Origin: Candidatus Iainarchaeum sp.
GTDB taxonomy: Archaea > Iainarchaeota > Iainarchaeia > Iainarchaeales > Iainarchaeaceae
Direction of reading: 5' to 3'
Length of the DNA: 10,069 nt
Assembly (NCBI GenBank): GCA_038895675.1
Contig: JAWANB010000023.1
Span: forward strand, 1 to 10,069
Shown: piece after piece, positions 1 to 6,835 of the stretch
Layout: every line of letters begins with the position of its first letter
How positions within the stretch are numbered: the stretch's first letter is position 1
Position numbers and translations under genes: made by a program
The notes under the pieces: model-generated
Told to the model about the DNA's origin: nothing
The model's input: the letters and a program-made list of their open reading frames with translations, nothing else
Database searches by the model: none

Positions 1-87
1 ACAAAACAAGATTTAGAACAAATAACCAAAAACTTTGTTTCTGAATTAAACAAAATAGGCAAGCAAGAAATAAAGCTAACTGAATAA
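1..87 (+). CDS. 3' end of an upstream gene (partial): ...TKQDLEQITKNFVSELNKIGKQEIKLTE*; product unknown
   Basis: Frame 1 is open from base 1 to TAA at 85-87, with amphipathic helix-like composition and codon usage similar to the other + strand genes. Too short to assign a family. Confidence 0.55.
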   Translation, partial: TKQDLEQITKNFVSELNKIGKQEIKLTE

Positions 88-168
88 ACAACTAAAGAAC
101 TGATTAAAAACGAATTAAACAAAAAAATAACAAGCAAAGAACTTGCAAAACATGCAACGACAACAAAA

Positions 169-204
169 CAAAAATAACTACAAAAATAACTACAAAAAAA
201 ACTA
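169..204 (+). repeat. 12-bp tandem repeat, 3 copies (CAAAAATAACTA x2, CAAAAAAAACTA)
   Basis: Read directly: 169-180 and 181-192 are identical, and 193-204 has one T>A change. Intergenic. Confidence 0.75.
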
Positions 205-236
205 AAAAAAACCTATTTCTTCAAAAGCCATGATTT

Positions 237-252
237 GAAAATCTTTTAAATT
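237..252 (+). promoter_or_regulatory. Putative archaeal BRE/TATA promoter for the surface-protein gene
   Basis: GAAAATC followed by TTTTAAAT (244-251), about 25 nt upstream of ATG 269. No SD motif, consistent with a leaderless or short-leader transcript. The AT-rich background lowers confidence. Confidence 0.45.
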
Positions 253-268
253 GTAAAAATAGAATAAT

Positions 269-2050
269 ATGCGAGAAACAATGAACAAAACTTTGAATTT
301 ATTTGCAATAATTCTAATAATAATTATAATTAGCACTGCTCACGCAACAGAAGTCTTTTGGCTTAGAGGCTCTGACGAAATGATTGACATAAAAGGAAAA
401 AAAGAATATTCACTTTTGGAAATAAAACCAAATCAACATTCTACAGAAACACAAATAACCTTCATTGGAAATGATAAAAAAGAAAGCAAATTAAGTCAAA
501 TAGCGAGTTTTTATAGAGCACCATTGCAAAAAGACATTACTATCTATGGCCCTGCTACTCTCTGGATTTCAGACATGAAAACAGAAGGAAAACCAAAAAT
601 AAGATTTAGTCTGATAGATGTTAACTCTGAAACGAACGAAGAAATAGTGATTGCCCAATCAGAATGGAAAAATACAGAAAATTATTTACAATTTGAGTCA
701 ACAGTAGACTTTGAACCTTACGTTTTGAATGGAAATAATATTCTTAAATTAGCGCTTGAAACAGAAACTGAAAAAGAAGACAAGATAAGTTTCACGATAG
801 ATAAGCCCGGTAAAGAAAATATTACTTGGATAACACAAGATGGAACAGAATTAAAAATTGAAGGAATTGAAAGTACTGGAGCTTTATTAATTAATGCGGA
901 AGGTTTACCAGAAATAAAGTGCAAAAGCTCTTTTGATTGTAGTGACGGAAATGTAATGACAATAGATATCTGTTATTTGGCTGGAACATATAATGCTTAT
1001 TGTGGCAATGAAATAGGAGAATGTAAAATAGGTTGTTACTCTAATCAAGATTGCATGGACTTTCCCGACGGCTTTTGTGAAAGCCCAGGCAATTGCAACA
1101 GCAAATGTATTTACAAAAATCAAAAAGAAAGCATATCGGTCAAAATTTTACAACCAGATAAACCAGAATACAAAAAAGGGTCTTTTGTGAGAGTCTCTGC
1201 CAAAATATCTGGTTTGAACAATGAAAAAATATTTGGAGCAAACATGACTGCGGAAACAGACACTGGAATAATAGTTCCGATGAGAGAAATAGAACAAGGA
1301 ATTTTTGAAGGGTTTTTCCAAATACCAAATAGAACCAACACTGGAAACATGAGAATAACATTCAAAGCAACAAAAGACAACAATTTTGGAAGCGAAAAAA
1401 TAACTATAAAGACTATTTCGCCAAAAATAACAATTTATCTTGAAACTAAAAGAAAAAGAGACATGGGAAATACAACCATAATAATATCAAAAGCAAAAGA
1501 TACTTTTGAAATAGGAGAAAAAATAGAATTGACAACAAAAGCCTTTTACGAAAACGGCGAACCAGTAATTACTGACTCGGTTTATGCTACAATAGACGAC
1601 CAAATAATAAAATTGTACCCGAAAGAAAGAGGCGTTTACTCTGGAGAACATACCATATATAACACTGAAAAAACAGAGTTAGAAGTAAAGATAAATTTAG
1701 ATGATGGCTACAATAATTTAGCAGAATACAAAGACACGATAAAAATAACTAAAGGCTCTTTTATCGCCTTTTTAGCTGAAAACGCCACAATCATTTTATT
1801 GGCAATCTTATTGTTATCTGTATTATTGATAGTGATTTCAAAAGGCCTAAATAAAGTAAAGGAAATTTCTCTCTTAATAAAAAAAGAAAAAGATATCACA
1901 GAACAAATAAAAGAACTCCAAACAAAATATTACCTAAAACGAAGCATTGACAAAAAAACCTATGAAAGAGAAATGAAAAAGTTAGAACCAATACTTAAAG
2001 AAATAAGAGAAAAAAGAAATGAAATAAAGAAATCACTTAAAATAACTTAG
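269..2050 (+). CDS. Secreted, C-terminally membrane-anchored multidomain surface protein (593 aa; start may be ATG 281)
   Basis: Signal peptide (MNKTLNLFAIILIIIIISTAHA|TE, AxA cleavage site); beta-rich N-domain; 10-Cys module at aa 218-280; two mutually similar Ig/MG2-like repeats (PDKPEYKKGSFVRV...EQGIFEG and KAKDTFEIGEKIEL...ERGVYSG); hydrophobic TM segment (IILLAILLLSVLLIVI); basic cytoplasmic helical tail with a SHOCT-like pattern (IKELQTKYYLKRSIDKKTYEREMKKL). Confidence 0.85.
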   Translation: MRETMNKTLNLFAIILIIIIISTAHATEVFWLRGSDEMIDIKGKKEYSLLEIKPNQHSTETQITFIGNDKKESKLSQIASFYRAPLQKDITIYGPATLWISDMKTEGKPKIRFSLIDVNSETNEEIVIAQSEWKNTENYLQFESTVDFEPYVLNGNNILKLALETETEKEDKISFTIDKPGKENITWITQDGTELKIEGIESTGALLINAEGLPEIKCKSSFDCSDGNVMTIDICYLAGTYNAYCGNEIGECKIGCYSNQDCMDFPDGFCESPGNCNSKCIYKNQKESISVKILQPDKPEYKKGSFVRVSAKISGLNNEKIFGANMTAETDTGIIVPMREIEQGIFEGFFQIPNRTNTGNMRITFKATKDNNFGSEKITIKTISPKITIYLETKRKRDMGNTTIIISKAKDTFEIGEKIELTTKAFYENGEPVITDSVYATIDDQIIKLYPKERGVYSGEHTIYNTEKTELEVKINLDDGYNNLAEYKDTIKITKGSFIAFLAENATIILLAILLLSVLLIVISKGLNKVKEISLLIKKEKDITEQIKELQTKYYLKRSIDKKTYEREMKKLEPILKEIREKRNEIKKSLKIT

Positions 2051-2129
2051 CAAAAATATTCAAAAAACAATAAAAATGAAAATTAGAAAGAAAAATAAAG
2101 ATAGAAGAAGTGATATTTTGGGAGAAAAA

Positions 2130-4457
2130 ATGGAAGAAAAAACACAACCCAACGACAAAGGAATAATAAGAGTAATAGATAAACTGATAGCCAACAAGGA
2201 AGAGCCTAATATAGAAGAATTCATGCCAAAACTAAAGAAAGGCGGAAAAGAAAAAATAAAAGAACTCAAACTAACGTCAGAATTAGAAAAATCTGCTTTA
2301 GAAAACTCGAAAGAAAACGAAAAAAAAGAAGTTGGAAAAACTTTTCTAATTTTTTTAAAAAGCAAAGAATATCAAAAATCATTAATTTGGATTTTAAAGG
2401 GAATAACAAAAAACTATGAGAAAATAATTTATGTGACTTTGAATAACACGAAAAACAGTTTAGTTGCAAAATTAGAAGAAGAAAACATAGTAACTAACAA
2501 ATTCTTCTTCATAGACGCGATTTCTTTAACAACAGAAGAAAAGAAAGAAGAAGAACAAAATTGTGCATATGTTAGTTCACCGCAAGCTTTAGTTGAAATG
2601 AGTCTTACTTTAAGCAACGTTTTTGCAATGCAAGACAAACAACAAAAAAAAGCCTTGATTTTTGACTCTGTCTCAACTTTGCTTGACAACGAAAATGAAA
2701 CAAACGTTTCAAAGTTTGTCCACTCTATAACAACAAAAACAAAATCAAACAATATAGACGCTTATTTTTTTGCCCTGAACGAAGACATGGAAAAAAAAAC
2801 TTTGAAAGAAATAGGGCTGTTCATGGACGAAACAACAAGTTATGAAGAAAATACACAAGAAAAAGTGGTTAATAAACAAACTTTTGTGCCGCATCTTTCT
2901 GACCTAATAAATGAAATAGAAGCAATGCATAGAGAAATAGATGAAAACAGGTATGAAAGAGGCTTAAAGGAAAGGTTAGAAGAAATAAAGCAAAGGTTAG
3001 AATTACTTGAAGAAATAAAAGATAAAATGAGAAAATTAGAGTTTTCTAACGAAAAAGAAAAAGAAAATTATGAAGAGCTCTCAGAATCAATAAACGAAAT
3101 AAAATCTAAAATAAGTAAAACTGAAAGTATAAACTTGCTGGAAGAAAAAATTTTGCAATTATATAGAAAAATTGAAGAACACGACGAAAAAACTCAGTTA
3201 GGAGAAGAATTAAGAAAATCTATAGAAGCCCAAAAAAACAACGAATTCAAAAATTCAATGGAAGAAATAAAAGAAAAACTAAAACAACTTGAAAACATTG
3301 ACTTACTAAAAGAAGAATTAAACTCATTAGAAAAAAGAATAGAAGATACCCAAGAAATGTTAGAAAAAAGTTTTGAAGATAAAGAAACAAAAGAGTCTGA
3401 AACAATAAATGAGTTGACTAAACAAGTACACGAAATAGCAAAAAAAGTAGATGAAGCAAAAAAATCAGAAAAAATAGACTTTTCCTTAGAACCAATCAAC
3501 AAAGAGCTTGAAGAGTTAAAAGATAAGATAGACAGACACGCCGCAAATTATGAGGAATTACTCAAAGATTCTGAAACAAAAGCAAAAGCCATGGGTTTTT
3601 TGATTACGGAAGTGAAAGAAAAACTAAATAAATTGGAAAAAATAGCAGATATTGAAAAAAATATTAACGAATTAGAAAAAAAATTTGAAGAACAAGTAAA
3701 GCAACTACAAAACTATGAAGAGAATTTAATGCAAATCAAAACAAAAGTAGGAAATTTTGACAAGCTTTTTGAAGAAATGGGTTATGTAAGATCAAAAATA
3801 GAAGAAACACAAAAAGAATTAGCTAACATAATGAAGTTCCCTGAAAGAATTACAGAATCTGAAGAGAAAGAAAAACAAGAAATAGAAGAGCTAAAAGAAA
3901 AACTAATAGATACAGAAATGATAACGCAACAGAAAATAAACGAAATAATAGAAAGCGACAAAAGAACTCAAAACCAACTATTTGACTTAATGAAAATGCC
4001 TGAAAAAATAGCACAAATACGTACTAAAGAGGATGCTGAAATAGAATCAATAAAAGAAAGTGAAAAACAGATTGAGACAAAAATAAGCGAAATACTTGAA
4101 AAAGAAAAAAGAAAAGATGAAATAGAAAAAGAAAGGTTAGAAATGAATTTGAAAATGCTTAACAAAATAGAGGAACTTGAATCTACTTTGTCAAAACTTG
4201 AAAAAAGATTAGAAATTTCTGAATTGGAAAGAATGTTAGAAGAAAGCGATTCTGAACTTAAAGAGCTTAATCATGAAAAAGAAGTTGTAAAAGAAGCTTT
4301 GATGAAATTATCCGACCCTAATTATAGTAACGAAAAATCTACTGAACTAAAAGATACACTTGAAAATATTCAAAATGCGGAAAAAACCATAATGAACAAA
4401 ATGAAAGAAATAACAAAGAGAATAGAAGTACTCAAAGAAGAAAAAAACGCTAATTGA
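2130..4457 (+). CDS. Degenerate KaiC/RecA-fold (DUF835-like) domain fused to a long coiled coil; ORF is open from 2076, ATG 2130 preferred
   Basis: GGGAG at 2120-2124 precedes ATG 2130. About aa 86-255 of the ORF show the RecA-fold motif order IIYVTLN...FFFIDA...LIFDSVSTLL...KFVH...FMD with no GxxGxGKT P-loop. The remainder is E/K/L/I-rich heptad sequence with no TM segment. Confidence 0.8.
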   Translation: MEEKTQPNDKGIIRVIDKLIANKEEPNIEEFMPKLKKGGKEKIKELKLTSELEKSALENSKENEKKEVGKTFLIFLKSKEYQKSLIWILKGITKNYEKIIYVTLNNTKNSLVAKLEEENIVTNKFFFIDAISLTTEEKKEEEQNCAYVSSPQALVEMSLTLSNVFAMQDKQQKKALIFDSVSTLLDNENETNVSKFVHSITTKTKSNNIDAYFFALNEDMEKKTLKEIGLFMDETTSYEENTQEKVVNKQTFVPHLSDLINEIEAMHREIDENRYERGLKERLEEIKQRLELLEEIKDKMRKLEFSNEKEKENYEELSESINEIKSKISKTESINLLEEKILQLYRKIEEHDEKTQLGEELRKSIEAQKNNEFKNSMEEIKEKLKQLENIDLLKEELNSLEKRIEDTQEMLEKSFEDKETKESETINELTKQVHEIAKKVDEAKKSEKIDFSLEPINKELEELKDKIDRHAANYEELLKDSETKAKAMGFLITEVKEKLNKLEKIADIEKNINELEKKFEEQVKQLQNYEENLMQIKTKVGNFDKLFEEMGYVRSKIEETQKELANIMKFPERITESEEKEKQEIEELKEKLIDTEMITQQKINEIIESDKRTQNQLFDLMKMPEKIAQIRTKEDAEIESIKESEKQIETKISEILEKEKRKDEIEKERLEMNLKMLNKIEELESTLSKLEKRLEISELERMLEESDSELKELNHEKEVVKEALMKLSDPNYSNEKSTELKDTLENIQNAEKTIMNKMKEITKRIEVLKEEKNAN

Positions 4458-4644
4458 AAAAAAACATAGTTCTCGTAACAAACAAAAACCAAAAAATAAA
4501 AACGATTAAAAACCAAAATGTTTTTACAAAACGAATTAAAGTGTCTCAGAGAATGACTTTTAAATCAAACAAAGTTTACAAAACAAGCCAACTACCTTAA
4601 AAAAGCAAAAATGATTTCTACAAAGCAAATTAAAGGCAATTATT

Positions 4645-4654
4645 TTTATATAAA
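4645..4654 (+). promoter_or_regulatory. TATA box (TTTATATAAA) for the 137-aa orphan, probably leaderless
   Basis: Consensus-like archaeal TATA box at -31 to -22 relative to ATG 4676, with purine-rich AAAGGCAA upstream and no SD. Confidence 0.6.
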
Positions 4655-4675
4655 GAAAGGCTTATTTTAATTTAA

Positions 4676-5089
4676 ATGAAAACAAAAAATACTAAAAGGC
4701 AATACCCTAAAGGAAATGAAAGACAGTTAGCTAGAAGATTGTTAAAAGAAATGGGAAATGCTGGAAAGTTTCCTAATGTAAACTCGATAAATGAAATTAT
4801 TAAATATGCAAAAAGAATTGCTGAAAGCAATAAACAAAGTGGGCAAATGCCAACTAATGCTTTAGGTGTTTTGCAAACAAAATGGCCTAATGAAATTAAG
4901 TGGCTCAGAGAAATGAGAAAACTTAAAGATAGCAAAGAAGAAGAAAATTTTATAAGTCATAAACAAGCCTTGGAATTTGCAAGAAAACTCAATTTTATAA
5001 ATCCAAACATGTCTGCGGAAGAAAGAAAAGAAGGCTTGAAAAGAGCTTTAAATTATTTGGTTTTTCTTGGTATTAAAATTAAAAAATAA
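4676..5089 (+). CDS. Small basic hypothetical protein (137 aa)
   Basis: Fills the gap between larger genes, has a correctly spaced TATA box, is K/R-rich and appears helical, and ends 3 nt from the convergent gene's stop. No recognisable motif. Confidence 0.7.
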   Translation: MKTKNTKRQYPKGNERQLARRLLKEMGNAGKFPNVNSINEIIKYAKRIAESNKQSGQMPTNALGVLQTKWPNEIKWLREMRKLKDSKEEENFISHKQALEFARKLNFINPNMSAEERKEGLKRALNYLVFLGIKIKK

Positions 5090-5092
5090 GTT

Positions 5093-6046
5093 TTAAAAGT
5101 AAGTTTCTTCATAAGGAAAAACTTCAAAGCCTTTAGAAGTTATTCTGTATGGCACGAGTTTTTTTACGTGCGACGTGCTTCGCATTTTTATTATTTCTAA
5201 AGCGGTTTCTCTTCTATTATTTGTTTTTACGCTGTACAAATTTATTATACCATCAGCCAAAATCAAGTGCAAGTCTTTCTTTGATTGGCCCTCGTCAACT
5301 ATTATGCTCACTGCTTCTGTTGACTTCAAGTATTGAAACAAAGCCTTAATATAATCGTTGAAGCCTTGCAAGTTTTGTTTAAGAAGAACTTTTAAAGCTG
5401 AAAGATTGTCTAAGACTATTCGGTTTGGAACAAAAGGAATTTTTTCTGGAAAAGGAAGGGAAATTTCGTCTTTTTCTATTAGTAACGAACCTTTTTCAGA
5501 TTCTTCTTTTGCCTCTATTGCCCTCAATATTAAGTCAGTGTCTAAACTTATTATTGAAACAAGATTCTTTGATTCTAATTCTGTTATATCCCAACCAAAG
5601 TTCTCTGAAAACTTTTCTTTTAGCCTGTTTGGTCTTTCGTCAATAGTAAAAAAAATTCCTTTTTCCTCTTTTACTTTTGCACCTTTATATAAAAATTCTA
5701 CACAAAAAGTAGTTTTTCCTGTTCCTGCAGGGCCTGAAAGAACTATTATATCACCTTTTTTTACCCCACCTTTATCCAAAAGTTTGTCAAAGTCTCCGAC
5801 TAATAAAGGCGTTATTTTTGAAAAATTGTTTGAAGAAATGCGAGAAAATGGCTCTTTAGGACTTTCTGTTATATCTTTTGTGACTATACTTTCTTTCTTT
5901 GGACTTTTGGCTTCAACCAACATTGATTTTGCTTCTTCTTCAGAAATTCCTAAATCTACCATGCTTTGTAGTACTTCTTCTTCTTTAGTGCCTATTGCTA
6001 ATAGTCTTCTTGCGGCATCAACAAGCCTTTTCTTGTTTTCTATCAT
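5093..6046 (-). CDS. KaiC-like (RecA-superfamily, RAD55/GvpD-type) ATPase with an extra N-terminal helical domain (317 aa)
   Basis: Walker A GPAGTGKT (5734-5711), FFTIDE, FGWD, Walker B RIVLDNLS, LADGIINL, LEIIKMRSTSH (K-x-R finger), PYRITSKGFEV. The first ~48 aa form a separate helical segment. Confidence 0.92.
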   Translation of the reverse strand: MIENKKRLVDAARRLLAIGTKEEEVLQSMVDLGISEEEAKSMLVEAKSPKKESIVTKDITESPKEPFSRISSNNFSKITPLLVGDFDKLLDKGGVKKGDIIVLSGPAGTGKTTFCVEFLYKGAKVKEEKGIFFTIDERPNRLKEKFSENFGWDITELESKNLVSIISLDTDLILRAIEAKEESEKGSLLIEKDEISLPFPEKIPFVPNRIVLDNLSALKVLLKQNLQGFNDYIKALFQYLKSTEAVSIIVDEGQSKKDLHLILADGIINLYSVKTNNRRETALEIIKMRSTSHVKKLVPYRITSKGFEVFPYEETYF

Positions 6047-6108
6047 GCTTAACTATAAGATTTATTACGCATTTAAATGCTTTCTCCCATATTATTGAGT
6101 AGGTGATT
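6047..6108. promoter_or_regulatory. Compact divergent promoter region with the perfect palindrome GCATTTAAATGC (6069-6080) and SD AGGTGA (6101-6106)
   Basis: Palindrome read directly; it contains TTTAAA centred about 28 nt from the minus-strand ATG (6046), preceded on that strand by purine-rich GGGAGAAAG (BRE-like). TTTATTA at 6061-6067 is a candidate + strand TATA. Confidence 0.6.
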
Positions 6109-6834
6109 ATGAAAGAAGAAAAAAACAAAAACCAAAGAATACAATTTGAGAGAGTAAAAACAGGCGTCCCAGGTTTGGACGATATGATGGGTGGGGGAAT
6201 ACCAAAAGGAAACCTCGTGGTATTAAGTGGCGACCCTGGTAGTGGCAAAACAGTGCTTTGTTGGCAATACATTTATTATGGTGCAACACAATACAATGAA
6301 AAAAGTGTTTATGTTTCGTTAGAAGAATCTGAACAAACAATCTTTGAAGGCGCTCTCGAATTTGGTTGGGACTTAAGAAAACTCGTGAAAGAAGGAAAAC
6401 TGACAATAGTGACTTTGGAATTGTATGACTTTGAAAGACTAAAAGCTGCAATAGAAGACAATGTAAAGGCAATAGGAGCAAAACGAGTAGTGATAGACCC
6501 AGGAGTAATATTCAGGTTGTTTTTTGAAAGAGAATTGGATGCAAGAAAAAGAATAGTATCACTTGGCAAAATGTTGAAATCAATAGGAGTAACAACAATA
6601 ATAACTAATGAGCTAAGTTTGGAAAAAATGAATTCGCTTTATGGTCTTGAAGAATACGTTGCTGATGGAGTAATACTATTATACCACACAAAAATAAAGA
6701 ACAGGTTTATTAGAAGTGCAGCAATACTGAAAATGAGAAACACTGAAATAACAGAGACTTTAAAACCTGTTAAAATAACTAATGAAGGTATAAAAATACT
6801 TTCAAAATCAGAGCTTTTTGAGGAAGTTGAATGA
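6109..6834 (+). CDS. Single-domain KaiC-like ATPase (241 aa from ATG 6109; the track's GTG 6103 lies inside the SD)
   Basis: RVKTGVPGLDDMMGGGIPKG, Walker A GDPGSGKT (6229-6252), YVSLEE, FGWD, Walker B RVVID, TNE, YGLEEYVADGVILL, KMRNT, ITNEGIKI: a complete KaiC-domain motif set. Confidence 0.95.
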   Translation: MKEEKNKNQRIQFERVKTGVPGLDDMMGGGIPKGNLVVLSGDPGSGKTVLCWQYIYYGATQYNEKSVYVSLEESEQTIFEGALEFGWDLRKLVKEGKLTIVTLELYDFERLKAAIEDNVKAIGAKRVVIDPGVIFRLFFERELDARKRIVSLGKMLKSIGVTTIITNELSLEKMNSLYGLEEYVADGVILLYHTKIKNRFIRSAAILKMRNTEITETLKPVKITNEGIKILSKSELFEEVE

Positions 6835-6835
6835 A

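Noticed and set aside
169..204. CRISPR array
   Set aside because: The units are 12 bp, directly abutting, with no spacers and no cas genes nearby.
269..2050. S-layer protein, archaellin/pilin or alpha-2-macroglobulin call
   Set aside because: The signal peptide is class I-like rather than class III, there is no thioester CGEQ motif, and no specific S-layer family signature is recognisable. Left as a generic surface protein.
2331..2342. VGKT as a Walker A motif
   Set aside because: It lacks the upstream GxxG and precedes the first hydrophobic strand rather than following it, so it is not in a P-loop position.
718..4165. Short minus-strand ORFs inside the two long + genes
   Set aside because: F/S/L-rich reverse-complement shadows of K/E-rich coding sequence, fully or almost fully overlapping well-supported genes. 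The same applies to the short ORFs overlapping 4676-8888.
2130..4457. SMC/Rad50 or methyl-accepting chemotaxis protein call
   Set aside because: No N-terminal Walker A, C-terminal ABC signature/Walker B, hinge or CxxC hook, and no MCP hairpin motif (QTNLLALNAAIEAARAG).
4538..4560. Weak inverted repeat AAAGT..TCTC-A-GAGA..ACTTT as a terminator or ncRNA
   Set aside because: Short, bulged and AT-rich, as expected by chance; no GC-rich structured RNA signal.
5358..6098. 246-aa + strand ORF
   Set aside because: Antisense shadow of the kaiC-like gene 5093..6046; S/F-rich, TTG start, no motifs, and it runs through the divergent promoter.
5093..6834. Circadian clock (kaiABC) or RadA/RadB recombinase call
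   Set aside because: Single-domain proteins with no Ser-Thr phosphosites and no kaiA/kaiB in the window. FGWD, ADG and KMR motifs indicate the KaiC-like family, and the RadA N-terminal HhH domain and GEFGSGKT motif are absent.
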